Below, piece after piece: positions 37,887 through 46,487 of a stretch of DNA of 64,000 nucleotides; position 1 is the first letter of the stretch; the number at the start of each line of letters is the position of its first letter. Both the position numbers and the translations under genes were made by a program. The notes under the pieces were generated by a model, which had not been told where the DNA came from, did not search any database, and saw nothing but the letters and a program-made list of their open reading frames with translations. Source of the DNA: Klebsiella phage vB_KpM_FBKp24; sequence record MW394391.1, one strand, 5' to 3'.

Positions 37887-37907
37887 AAGGGAGGGTCATC
37901 CTCCCTT
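37887..37907 (+). terminator. Hairpin AAGGGAGG-gtcat-CCTCCCTT followed by TTTCTTTTTC, after the 2201-aa gene.
   Basis: 8-bp stem with a U tract. The downstream gene starts at 37933. Confidence 0.55.
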
Positions 37908-37932
37908 TTCTTTTTCTAACTGGAGAACATAC

Positions 37933-40077
37933 ATGGCAACGCTTGACACAATTACAGATGACAGCTGGACCAGGCAGTCATTTTTATTACCCGCAGACGC
38001 CGTGGATGACGATGACATTTATTACCGTAATCACTCGGCCGCGTATTTCAAATTTACCGATACGACGCTCGGTGGTAATTGGGCGTTAAATGCCCCTCCC
38101 CAACCTTGTTTATTTTCCGACCCGGTTCTAGACCGTTATGTGGAAATTGGTGAAGGTCAAGGGGCGTGGTATTCCGAAAATATCGATGATAACGCTGTCC
38201 TGCTCCATATGCGTTTCGGTGTACCTAACTATAACAGTTTAACCAGTTTCTTTGGAAACTTCTACAGTTCTGATGACGCCCGATTAGTGCGTACAGGACG
38301 GGCGGCTGGAATAGGGAACTTAATTGGCCGGGCGTTGGGTTGGGCCTTCTCTGTCAGACTAATCCCGTTTATCATGACCTTCACCGCTATCAAGTGGTTT
38401 ACCGGGACAGTCAGTACTAAATTCTATTACCTTAAACCCACCATGGGCCTGTACTGGAAATACGTCAACGACTTTGCCAACAATATCGCATCCAATCTTG
38501 ACCTGGCGGCGAAACCGACAGGTGACTCATGGGTTCGTCTTTCTGAGGCGGTGAACCTTAAAGGAACCACACCGATGTCAGAGTCGGGAGACCCTGGTAC
38601 AGAATCCATCGAGTCTGCTGCCAAAACAGCTTTCGAAATCGGGGCCAGAGAGAAATCGGTTTATGACCAGATGGTCCCTGAGCTTTTCCGTTCCGAAGGA
38701 CTTACTGGTATTGATATTTACGCGACAGCCACAAGAGCACAGGCTTACGCTAATGCTTGGCATGAAGCCGTCAATGAAATTGCTGCCCAGAACCAAAGCA
38801 ATGGTAACGGGGTAATGTCTAGTGTTTACGCCTGGATGACAGGCGGCGGGGCTACATCTTCATTAAATAAAGCTAAGAAGAAAACGTACGCCACCACGGA
38901 AGAGTTCCTCAATGCTTATTTGAAAGACCCGGATGGTCGTTTAAGTGAATCTCCTGCAAACGGATCAGCTGACACAAACAACGCAGAAGTTAATACCACC
39001 GCACAACCGACTGCGACCACTACGGATACAAACGGCAACGCAATCTCTGCTGCGGGAGAAAACGGAACAGAAGAGACACAGATGGGGGTCATTGAACAGG
39101 CTTACGAGAGCGTGAAGGATTACTTCACCGATGAGGTCATTGGTCGTGCTTACGCAACCTTTAAGGCCGCTCAGCGAGACGGTAGTCAGTGGTTAACACT
39201 CCGTATCGACGGAAGGGAAGCCGCCAGCGAATCTTTCTCTAACAGTACGCGAGAATCGGATATCCAATCTACGATTAACAGTACTTCTTCTCGTGCGGCG
39301 AGTATGCGATTCAGCATGGCCCAAGGCAACTTTGTCGGTATCCCCGGAATGCAACAGATCATGGATACGGTCAAAGACATTGCTGGCGGAGTCATGGACT
39401 CTTTGCACATCTCGGGTGTCGGGGCAATAGCAGGGAACGCGTTTGTTGATATTCCTAAACACTACGACAGTTCCTCTGCAACATTTAACCAAATGTCCGT
39501 TACCATTCCACTACGGGCGTGGGCAGCCGATAACTTCAACCGTTTCCAGTGTGAAATTCTTCCCCTTATTACCATGCTCGTGGGTGCCTTACCAAGAGCA
39601 ACGGGGACAGGTTCCTACACTGCACCCTTTATCGGTGAGTTCTACTGCCAAGGTCGTTGCTCTATTCCGTTGGGGATGATTACCGCGATCGACATTACTC
39701 GTGGGACATCCAATATGCCCTGGACAAGTAAAGGCGAGTACTTAGGAATCGATGTTCGTCTCACGATCAGCGACATGTCCTCTGTTGCAGCAATGAACCT
39801 GAACGAGGCATTTGGGTTACGAAACTTTGATCCGACTACCTGGAACCGTTTACTGTTCCCTCAGGATTCTTCGTTTGAAATGTACACTAACGTTTTATCT
39901 AGTTTAGGGTTGCAGGATCAGATCTACATGCTTCCACGATTCAAGCGAAACTGGAACCGTGTAGTAACAAGTTTCGATAAGTTCTTCTCGTACTCTAACG
40001 TAGCGAATACGATTTTCAGCGGCAACATGGGAGGATTAATTTTATCTGCCCTGAGTAAAACCGACCGCGGTCTATAA
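37933..40077 (+). CDS. Hypothetical virion-associated protein (714 aa from the corrected start).
   Basis: The track's start at 37882 overlaps the terminator hairpin at 37887-37907. The ATG at 37933 has a GGAGAA RBS. A bidirectional terminator lies downstream. Confidence 0.55.
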   Translation: MATLDTITDDSWTRQSFLLPADAVDDDDIYYRNHSAAYFKFTDTTLGGNWALNAPPQPCLFSDPVLDRYVEIGEGQGAWYSENIDDNAVLLHMRFGVPNYNSLTSFFGNFYSSDDARLVRTGRAAGIGNLIGRALGWAFSVRLIPFIMTFTAIKWFTGTVSTKFYYLKPTMGLYWKYVNDFANNIASNLDLAAKPTGDSWVRLSEAVNLKGTTPMSESGDPGTESIESAAKTAFEIGAREKSVYDQMVPELFRSEGLTGIDIYATATRAQAYANAWHEAVNEIAAQNQSNGNGVMSSVYAWMTGGGATSSLNKAKKKTYATTEEFLNAYLKDPDGRLSESPANGSADTNNAEVNTTAQPTATTTDTNGNAISAAGENGTEETQMGVIEQAYESVKDYFTDEVIGRAYATFKAAQRDGSQWLTLRIDGREAASESFSNSTRESDIQSTINSTSSRAASMRFSMAQGNFVGIPGMQQIMDTVKDIAGGVMDSLHISGVGAIAGNAFVDIPKHYDSSSATFNQMSVTIPLRAWAADNFNRFQCEILPLITMLVGALPRATGTGSYTAPFIGEFYCQGRCSIPLGMITAIDITRGTSNMPWTSKGEYLGIDVRLTISDMSSVAAMNLNEAFGLRNFDPTTWNRLLFPQDSSFEMYTNVLSSLGLQDQIYMLPRFKRNWNRVVTSFDKFFSYSNVANTIFSGNMGGLILSALSKTDRGL

Positions 40078-40085
40078 ACAAAAAA

Positions 40086-40120
40086 AAAAGAGAGAGAGGG
40101 ATTTACCCTCTCTCTCTTTT
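40086..40120. terminator. Bidirectional terminator AAAAGAGAGAGAGGG-attta-CCCTCTCTCTCTTTT.
   Basis: 15-bp stem between convergent genes, with an A9 tract upstream. Confidence 0.7.
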
Positions 40121-40463
40121 ATACAGTTTCTGGGTGTTCTTTTTTAGCTCGGCGTTCCAGGATGACTGATACGCTATCGCCCCGGAATAATGAAGACTGA
40201 GTACTGCGGTAATTTAATCGGTACCGATCAACAATCTCGCGCAAAGATAAGAGTTCATCGTTGACCTGATAACGACGTTTCTTGAATCCAACCGGATTTA
40301 AGAAGAGTGACCCGACATCTTTTAGTCCTGGGTTTTTAATCAATGCTCGTTTGATTCTCTGATATACCGTGATTCTTTTCATACCGGTTATTTCAACAAT
40401 TTCCGGTACTGTCCGGTCGACCCCATTAAAACGGTATTTAGGTTGATTTTTTCCTGCTGGCAT
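40119..40463 (-). CDS. Small basic protein (114 aa) with two HTH-like half-repeats. Putative DNA-binding protein.
   Basis: YRFNGVDRTVPEIVEITGMKRITVYQRIKR and YQVNDELLSLREIVDRYRLNYRSTQSSLFR are internally similar. Confidence 0.35.
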   Translation of the reverse strand: MPAGKNQPKYRFNGVDRTVPEIVEITGMKRITVYQRIKRALIKNPGLKDVGSLFLNPVGFKKRRYQVNDELLSLREIVDRYRLNYRSTQSSLFRGDSVSVILERRAKKEHPETV

Positions 40464-40518
40464 AGGTTGTTCCTTTTTCTTTTGCGTCTACAAAAATAAA
40501 AAAGACTGTGGAAATAGA

Positions 40519-40542
40519 ATAGAGAGCGCGTGCGCTCTCTAT
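40519..40542 (-). terminator. Hairpin ATAGAGAGCGC-gt-GCGCTCTCTAT.
   Basis: 11-bp stem between the 355-aa and 114-aa minus-strand genes. Confidence 0.5.
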
Positions 40543-40546
40543 TCCC

Positions 40547-41614
40547 TTATGCCAGTGCAATATACGAGTATTGTTGTTTTGCCAGGGTCAATATGTCGTT
40601 ATCGCTATAGTGTTGGACAACGGCGATTTGATACGCGTACTCCGGTAAAGTGTTCAATACTGTTTTGGCATTACTGGAGATACTCCGGAAGACATCTAGT
40701 CGATGACCTGTCGGTGTGAATTGGGAACTATTCCACCGTGGGTCAATCATAGCTAAAACTGTTACCAGTTCAGTGGCATAGCTGCTGTAGCTATTAGCGT
40801 CCACAACTTTACCGAACTTATAATTTTGCAAAACCTGTTGAACCGCATCAGGGGCTTTCTGAAGAATGTACGTCCCACCCAATGACTCAACCATCGTTTT
40901 GACAAGGGTGAGGTTCCCTGATGCCAGAACTGTCGGTAGGCTGTCCCCCATGGCTGCAGTGAGAGTTGGATTACTGGAATCACTACTGTAAACTGAAGAG
41001 ACTACATTAGACAGCCCCAAATATGCCGCCTGTTGCAATATAGAGGACTTTAACGCAGTGATCGATAGTTTGTCTTCTAAGTTCTGGAACGTGTACTCTG
41101 TGCTATTCAGGAGTGTTTTAACGCTATTGATCAAATTATTAGCGCCCAGTATATCACCTGCCGAATTTAACTGGTAAACAGCGCCATTGATATCGTTAAA
41201 CGTACTGTCGACCGTATTATTGATTTCTTGTAGGGTTGATGTCGCACCGTTGATGACCTCGTCGGAAATCCCTTTCACAGTGGAAATAGACTGACCGATC
41301 TCGTTACTTAACTGGGAAGTAAACGCTGTAACATCTTGTTTGACCTGACTGGCTTGAGTTAAGAGGTCATTTAATGACCCTAGGTCGCTGATCTTGGTAT
41401 TCAGGAGATAGTTTTTAGTATCTGACAATTTCCCTAGTAACGTGTTTTTCATGTTACTGAGAACATTGGCGGTGGTCTTCCCATAACCGTCCACTGCCAC
41501 CATGGAATCTTTAACCCCAGTTGCTACCAACGAACTTTGGGTCTGTGCGGCGGCTTTTGCGGTGCTCGCTGAGTTACTCAACGTATCAACGAAGTTACTG
41601 ACGTCTAACGCCAT
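40547..41614 (-). CDS. S/T/N-rich hypothetical protein (355 aa).
   Basis: ORF with low-complexity polar composition. Confidence 0.5.
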   Translation of the reverse strand: MALDVSNFVDTLSNSASTAKAAAQTQSSLVATGVKDSMVAVDGYGKTTANVLSNMKNTLLGKLSDTKNYLLNTKISDLGSLNDLLTQASQVKQDVTAFTSQLSNEIGQSISTVKGISDEVINGATSTLQEINNTVDSTFNDINGAVYQLNSAGDILGANNLINSVKTLLNSTEYTFQNLEDKLSITALKSSILQQAAYLGLSNVVSSVYSSDSSNPTLTAAMGDSLPTVLASGNLTLVKTMVESLGGTYILQKAPDAVQQVLQNYKFGKVVDANSYSSYATELVTVLAMIDPRWNSSQFTPTGHRLDVFRSISSNAKTVLNTLPEYAYQIAVVQHYSDNDILTLAKQQYSYIALA

Positions 41615-41898
41615 AAATCCCCCTTAGAAAAAACAAACTGTATCCGCTCCCAGAATGTCTTTGGTTGACGTTGACGTAATTCTCTCAACCCGTGACTATA
41701 AAACTTACTGGCGGCGATGGCGATAAACTCGATCTTCTCTTCCTTAGAAAAGATTGTTGTGAAAATACGAGCATTCAATTGCTCTAGAAAATACACTGCG
41801 TCGTCCTCAGAGTGACTGTCTTCCTGGAAAAAGAGCTCAATATCCTCTTCGATGCTACGGAGTAGATTTTTTACAGCAGTTGAATTTAAATCCGACAT
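41605..41898 (-). CDS. Hypothetical protein (97 aa).
   Basis: ORF overlapping the next gene by 10 nt. Confidence 0.4.
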   Translation of the reverse strand: MSDLNSTAVKNLLRSIEEDIELFFQEDSHSEDDAVYFLEQLNARIFTTIFSKEEKIEFIAIAASKFYSHGLRELRQRQPKTFWERIQFVFSKGDLWR

Positions 41899-41937
41899 AG
41901 CGGGTACGCTCCAAAAAAAAATAGATTAAGGTGCATA

Positions 41938-41969
41938 AAGAAGAACGGTGTCTTTACACCGTTCTTCTT
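41938..41969. terminator. Hairpin AAGAAGAACGGTGT-cttt-ACACCGTTCTTCTT.
   Basis: 14-bp stem with T and A tracts, lying after the 251-aa gene. Confidence 0.6.
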
Positions 41970-41979
41970 TTAGCTTTTA

Positions 41980-42735
41980 TTATTCCTCACCGTCATCAGA
42001 GACTACTAAGTACCGACCATCCATTCTGACTTCGTGCAAAGTAATCACATCGCCCGGGAACGTCAGTTCCAGTGTCAGATAGATTCTCAGCGGATCGATG
42101 ACTTTGAGCGCTTTAGTAAACACCTTAATAGACATATCCGCATTCCGGATTCCACGGTTCAGATTGCTCCGTTCCGTACTTTGTCGGTTCCTTTCTACAA
42201 AACCATTCAACGGGTCATTCACGTATCGGTTCACACGTTCTGACCAGTCTTCTTCGTCTTTAATCACCTGATGCTTAATGTCCTTGAAAAGACGATGAAG
42301 GACATTATAGCGGGTAGGATACTTTTCGTTATGGTAGTGCGTGTAAAGATCTTCTTCATCAACTTCATCGACGTGGGACGTTCGGGTACCATCACGGTGT
42401 TCGAGAAGAAGGATAAACTTCAAATTGATGGGGCGAATGACTCGCATCCCACGAATGAAGTTGTGTAACGTCATCTCTTGCTTTGCCAGCTCGCGGTTCA
42501 GATTGCTCCGTTCCGTTGATTTACCACGACTCGTCTGTACAACACCGTTTCGTGGATCTTTTACATACTGCGTTAATCTATTATTCCAGAAGATAGACGA
42601 GATGTTAAGGTCATTCCGAACTTCCCGGAACATCAAAGACAACAAGTTCATCGGACCGGTGTGCTCGTTTACGCGGTTGCGGCGTAATTCCTCTGCCAGG
42701 CGAAATCGGGCTGGGATTCCTCGGCGTTTGATCAT
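41980..42735 (-). CDS. Hypothetical protein with two tandem homologous ~100-aa domains (251 aa).
   Basis: YVKDPRNGVVQTSRGKSTERSNLNRELAKQ...IRPINLKF is repeated as YVNDPLNGFVERNRQSTERSNLNRGIRNAD...IDPLRIYL. The DNA segment TTCAGATTGCTCCGTTCCGT occurs twice, near 42158 and 42493. Confidence 0.5.
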   Translation of the reverse strand: MIKRRGIPARFRLAEELRRNRVNEHTGPMNLLSLMFREVRNDLNISSIFWNNRLTQYVKDPRNGVVQTSRGKSTERSNLNRELAKQEMTLHNFIRGMRVIRPINLKFILLLEHRDGTRTSHVDEVDEEDLYTHYHNEKYPTRYNVLHRLFKDIKHQVIKDEEDWSERVNRYVNDPLNGFVERNRQSTERSNLNRGIRNADMSIKVFTKALKVIDPLRIYLTLELTFPGDVITLHEVRMDGRYLVVSDDGEE

Positions 42736-42747
42736 GGAGTAAACCTT

Positions 42748-43266
42748 TTAACGTTGACTGTAATAACGTAGGTGCGCCTCTGCTAAGGATAGCATATCGC
42801 AGTGCACACTGTATAATGAAAGCAGCATTCCTTGATATTGGCTTTTACTGACTTCTTTTTTGATTTGTTCCAGTAGCACGATGTTCTCGACCACCAGAGG
42901 AATGAAGTTATCAATAAACGCATAATAATCAGCGCGACGCTTTTCCGAGTCAATCAACCATTCGTCCAAACTGTATTTCTCAATCGAACGTTTCAGGTTG
43001 TAGTTTTCCTCGACAGAACGACTCTCTGCTAGATCGTCGTTTATCTTCACGATCACGTCTTGAAGCTCTTTCAGTGTACGGTATAACTCTACGTATTGTT
43101 CACGGAAAACAACGTCATTTTCATGGCGGTCTCGTAGTTCTGAGACGGCGAGGTACAATTTCTGTATGTTTTCTGTTGTGACTGCATATTTTTCTCCTTT
43201 GTTGATGAGGTGTAACGCAGCGCGAATAACTTTATCGCCTGTGGGTCGCTTAAAGAAGGCAAACAC
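42748..43266 (-). CDS. Hypothetical protein (172 aa).
   Basis: ORF. Confidence 0.5.
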   Translation of the reverse strand: MFAFFKRPTGDKVIRAALHLINKGEKYAVTTENIQKLYLAVSELRDRHENDVVFREQYVELYRTLKELQDVIVKINDDLAESRSVEENYNLKRSIEKYSLDEWLIDSEKRRADYYAFIDNFIPLVVENIVLLEQIKKEVSKSQYQGMLLSLYSVHCDMLSLAEAHLRYYSQR

Positions 43267-43382
43267 ATTCCCTCCTGTTATTGATTATGATTAAACGTTT
43301 TAGCGCTTACATAGAAGTAGTTAACGCATCTTTTTAAACAGATTAGGGCGTTCTCAATAGAGTGATATAGTCCTAAAAAATA

Positions 43383-43916
43383 ATGGAGAATCCTATGGCT
43401 GCTTACGAACAGGTCGACGAGTTCGAACCCATTCCCGAAGAAAAAGAAGGGGAAGTTTTAAGTTCCCGTCCTGCTGACGGAATGCCGGACACCCCAGACG
43501 AACGGTTAGACTTCACCCAGAATATTCGAGCGATGATTATCAATGAGGTAATTAAGGGCGGAAATATTCCTGTTGGCGATAAAGACCAGATGAGTGTGCT
43601 AAAAGACGCTCTCGATGGTATTGATCGCCAAGAACTGGGCAAGAAGAAAATTAGCGCGAAACGAGAAGAGACCGCTGCAAACATCAATAACGTGGCCAAG
43701 ATGCTGGAGAAGTTCAGTATGGAGGTTAGCCGAGCAACTAATGGCGCGCCGATGGAAAAAATGTTGGCAGATAAACCTAAGCGCGATCCGAGTGTATTTA
43801 ACCGCGATGTCCGCGACCAGTTCCCGGATATTCACGCGTCTGAGCTCGAACTAACTCGCCGCGAAGAGAACAGCGAGGAGTTCTTCGAGCGCATGAAAGA
43901 AGAAGACAACGAATGA
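43383..43916 (+). CDS. Acidic hypothetical protein (177 aa).
   Basis: A lone plus-strand ORF between minus-strand blocks, followed by the terminator at 43921-43952. Confidence 0.5.
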   Translation: MENPMAAYEQVDEFEPIPEEKEGEVLSSRPADGMPDTPDERLDFTQNIRAMIINEVIKGGNIPVGDKDQMSVLKDALDGIDRQELGKKKISAKREETAANINNVAKMLEKFSMEVSRATNGAPMEKMLADKPKRDPSVFNRDVRDQFPDIHASELELTRREENSEEFFERMKEEDNE

Positions 43917-43920
43917 TAAC

Positions 43921-43952
43921 AAACAGAGGGAAGCGTTTGCTTCCCTCTGTTT
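43921..43952. terminator. Bidirectional terminator AAACAGAGGGAAGC-gttt-GCTTCCCTCTGTTT.
   Basis: Between convergent genes. Confidence 0.7.
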
Positions 43953-43955
43953 GTG

Positions 43956-44657
43956 TTAAAACGGGACATTAAAGTATTCAATGCTGATAAACCGGATCGT
44001 CCAGGAAGGGGAAACGTATTGCTCGGATAATTGATGAACATCATCAAGGAGATCCTTAAAATACGCAAAGTCTTCTGTTTTGGGTTTATCCTGGAAGAGT
44101 GCAGGGCCAATTAATTCTGTGTTTAACAGGTTCACTGCATCCTGAGTGTCGATGTGTTTTTCTAACCATGGGATAATGTCGTAGTGAATAAAATGCGTAT
44201 ATTCACTGGCGACCTTTTGCGGTGTGAGTTGTTTATCGCTTTGCCGTATCCAATCAATTTTAACCTGCGGGTGTAAAAATACTCGCATGGCTTTAGCAAA
44301 GGATGTTCTCACTTTCGGTGAGAGTCGATAAGGGTACTCATTCAACGTGATCGCAACGTTAAGTTCAGTTGGCGAAATGCGTGGTCCTTGTTCGGTACCC
44401 TCTATGATCTCCTTGATCACCCCGATGAGCTTACTCCGTTTAGCTTTCATCAAGATCTCACTATCGCGCCCTTGGTAGCGTTTTCTCCACTCCTCTTCCG
44501 TGATTCCTAACCCTTCCCAGATCACCCAATCTCCTCTTCGCCGACCATAACCTTTTACGATCAGTTCTACTGCTTTTTTAAAATCGATACTCAAAGCAGT
44601 GGACATCCGAGTGTCTAAGATATCATCTAAACGAACATGTACATGGATGGGTTTCAT
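43956..44657 (-). CDS. Hypothetical protein (233 aa).
   Basis: ORF. Confidence 0.5.
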   Translation of the reverse strand: MKPIHVHVRLDDILDTRMSTALSIDFKKAVELIVKGYGRRRGDWVIWEGLGITEEEWRKRYQGRDSEILMKAKRSKLIGVIKEIIEGTEQGPRISPTELNVAITLNEYPYRLSPKVRTSFAKAMRVFLHPQVKIDWIRQSDKQLTPQKVASEYTHFIHYDIIPWLEKHIDTQDAVNLLNTELIGPALFQDKPKTEDFAYFKDLLDDVHQLSEQYVSPSWTIRFISIEYFNVPF

Positions 44658-45184
44658 TGAACAATGTTCTCATCGCTAAAGCTCGGGAAAATGAATCCCA
44701 AGGCCATGAGTGGGAGCACCCACAAATTCGCCTCATAGAGCAACACCAGTTCGTTGTATTTCACCTTCCACATTTGAGCGTCCTCGGGCAACGCCGTCAG
44801 ACCACTGGCTTCGTTTGCTACCGGACGGTTAGCGTTGGCGTTAGCAAAACATTCTGCGATTAGCGAGACTTCTTTACGGGTGAATAAAGACAACGCAGTA
44901 AATCGTAAGCCGAAAACGTAATTAACAAGGATGTCTCGACTATGGACTTCGTTCTGCACACTAAACAACTGCTCTTTCGTGACAAGGAGAGGCTGTGCGG
45001 TCACCGAATAGTACTGCGAAACGAATGCGTTAAATGTGTTAATATCCGTTTCGTCTTTTAAGGTGGTTTTAAAGGCGCTAGTATATTGGTGAGCTTGCCC
45101 GGAAAGAAGTTCAATTTCATCTTTGAGCATAAGGTTATTTATCCAGCGTTGTATCAAGGTGAGCCGTGCGGAGTAAGGTTGCAA
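44654..45184 (-). CDS. Hypothetical protein (176 aa).
   Basis: ORF with a 4-nt overlap to the downstream gene. Confidence 0.5.
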   Translation of the reverse strand: MQPYSARLTLIQRWINNLMLKDEIELLSGQAHQYTSAFKTTLKDETDINTFNAFVSQYYSVTAQPLLVTKEQLFSVQNEVHSRDILVNYVFGLRFTALSLFTRKEVSLIAECFANANANRPVANEASGLTALPEDAQMWKVKYNELVLLYEANLWVLPLMALGFIFPSFSDENIVQ

Positions 45185-45914
45185 AGTTCTTAGTGGCAGT
45201 GACGCCCGTTCCCCACTCTTTAGCGTTTTGGACGGTCCCTTCTCCAGTTAAGGAGATATCTGATTCCAACTTCTGGTTGGCCGCCTCATCTCCGCCACGC
45301 ACGGAAATCAGTTCAATAATCCCGACGTCCATCTTCAACGATTCAAGGTTACTTAGTTCCGGGAACGAAATACGTGAACCCTTCGAAGGCCCGGTAACCT
45401 GTCCCGTCAGATCGTCAACATGGGTGTTGTCATCGGGGATACTCTGTTTGTCTTCGATCATCTGTTGGAGTCGAATTACCCCTTCGCGGATCACCATATA
45501 CCGCACAGGCGTAGTGAAAATTTTCTTCGTTTCGGGATCTTCCATTTCTAGATGATGCCAGAACTGTACACCCCAGCGCTCAGCGACTGCTTTAAGGTGA
45601 GCGTTATCGTAAACTGGAGAGGTAAGGTTAGGTAACGTGGCCGATATCATCGGGCGACCTTCCCGAATCCCTTCCATGATTTTATCGAACTCGGTATCGG
45701 ATAACGACTCTAAGTCTTTAGCTAACTGCGTGGCGTTTCCGGATCCGGGAAAGAGTTCTTCCATCAACCTTACGCCAATTGCGGTGGCTGCGGCGCGGTT
45801 TTTCATTTTTCCCTCCTTTAGGGATAGTAACACTGCGATAAGAGACGTGGTATTCAGCAATGCGGCGAACCACATCACCGGTCCCTTTTGATTCTCCATC
45901 CCAGAACGTAACAC
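45135..45914 (-). CDS. Hypothetical protein (259 aa). The start is uncertain.
   Basis: The first ~65 codons overlap the 3-prime end of the DUF2493-like gene. Internal Met codons at 45806 and 45764 are alternative starts. Confidence 0.4.
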   Translation of the reverse strand: MLRSGMENQKGPVMWFAALLNTTSLIAVLLSLKEGKMKNRAAATAIGVRLMEELFPGSGNATQLAKDLESLSDTEFDKIMEGIREGRPMISATLPNLTSPVYDNAHLKAVAERWGVQFWHHLEMEDPETKKIFTTPVRYMVIREGVIRLQQMIEDKQSIPDDNTHVDDLTGQVTGPSKGSRISFPELSNLESLKMDVGIIELISVRGGDEAANQKLESDISLTGEGTVQNAKEWGTGVTATKNFATLLRTAHLDTTLDK

Positions 45915-46182
45915 AATGGGTGGCTGCTGCCATCATTTCAGCATTACGGATGAAGCCGGCGCTTTTCCCTTTATTATCCCAATCCGCTGGAAAGGTCAGA
46001 CAAGGTATACCTCGACGGAGCGCATAAAGAAATGCTAAATAGTTGCACCCTGCGTCACCGCCTTCCAAAATAACAACCTCGTCGCGAGGGAAACGTGCAA
46101 TCAGTTTATCCATATGCCGAGCAAAGAGAAAGTAATTACGGTAATGGCGGCAGCCGGAAACCATGACCTTAAACCTGGCCAT
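45718..46182 (-). CDS. DUF2493 / SLOG (DprA-like Rossmann) family protein (154 aa).
   Basis: KVMVSGCRHY...VVILEGGDAGCNYLAFLYALRRGIPCLTFPADWDNKGKSAGFIRNAEMM...VTFWDGESKGTGDVV matches the pattern vvtGsR..vvisGGA.GaD..a..wA...g.p...f.adW...G..AG..RN..M....d..iafwdg.S.GT. Confidence 0.5.
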   Translation of the reverse strand: MARFKVMVSGCRHYRNYFLFARHMDKLIARFPRDEVVILEGGDAGCNYLAFLYALRRGIPCLTFPADWDNKGKSAGFIRNAEMMAAATHCVTFWDGESKGTGDVVRRIAEYHVSYRSVTIPKGGKNEKPRRSHRNWRKVDGRTLSRIRKRHAVS

Positions 46183-46469
46183 TATTTACCCCAACGAAAA
46201 ATAATGTCCGGTAGTACGTTCTCGCCAAAATCGGACAACCACGCATCAATGCCGTTTTCGGTAGATACGCGGATAGCATTGCGCGACGCTTTAGGGGAAA
46301 TAGCTTTCAGCTCCTTTTCCCAGAATTCGTTAATTTCCTGCATCTCAACCCGATTACTGGAGCGTACTCGCTCTTCGTGCTCAAACTTGTTAGTAAACAA
46401 ATTCGCCACGCCGTGCGAGTACTGCGACAGTAACATGGTCATGTGGAAACGTGCTTCTTGTCGTACCAT
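46182..46469 (-). CDS. Hypothetical protein (95 aa).
   Basis: ORF. Confidence 0.4.
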   Translation of the reverse strand: MVRQEARFHMTMLLSQYSHGVANLFTNKFEHEERVRSSNRVEMQEINEFWEKELKAISPKASRNAIRVSTENGIDAWLSDFGENVLPDIIFRWGK

Positions 46470-46487
46470 GTTACACCTCTACACTGT

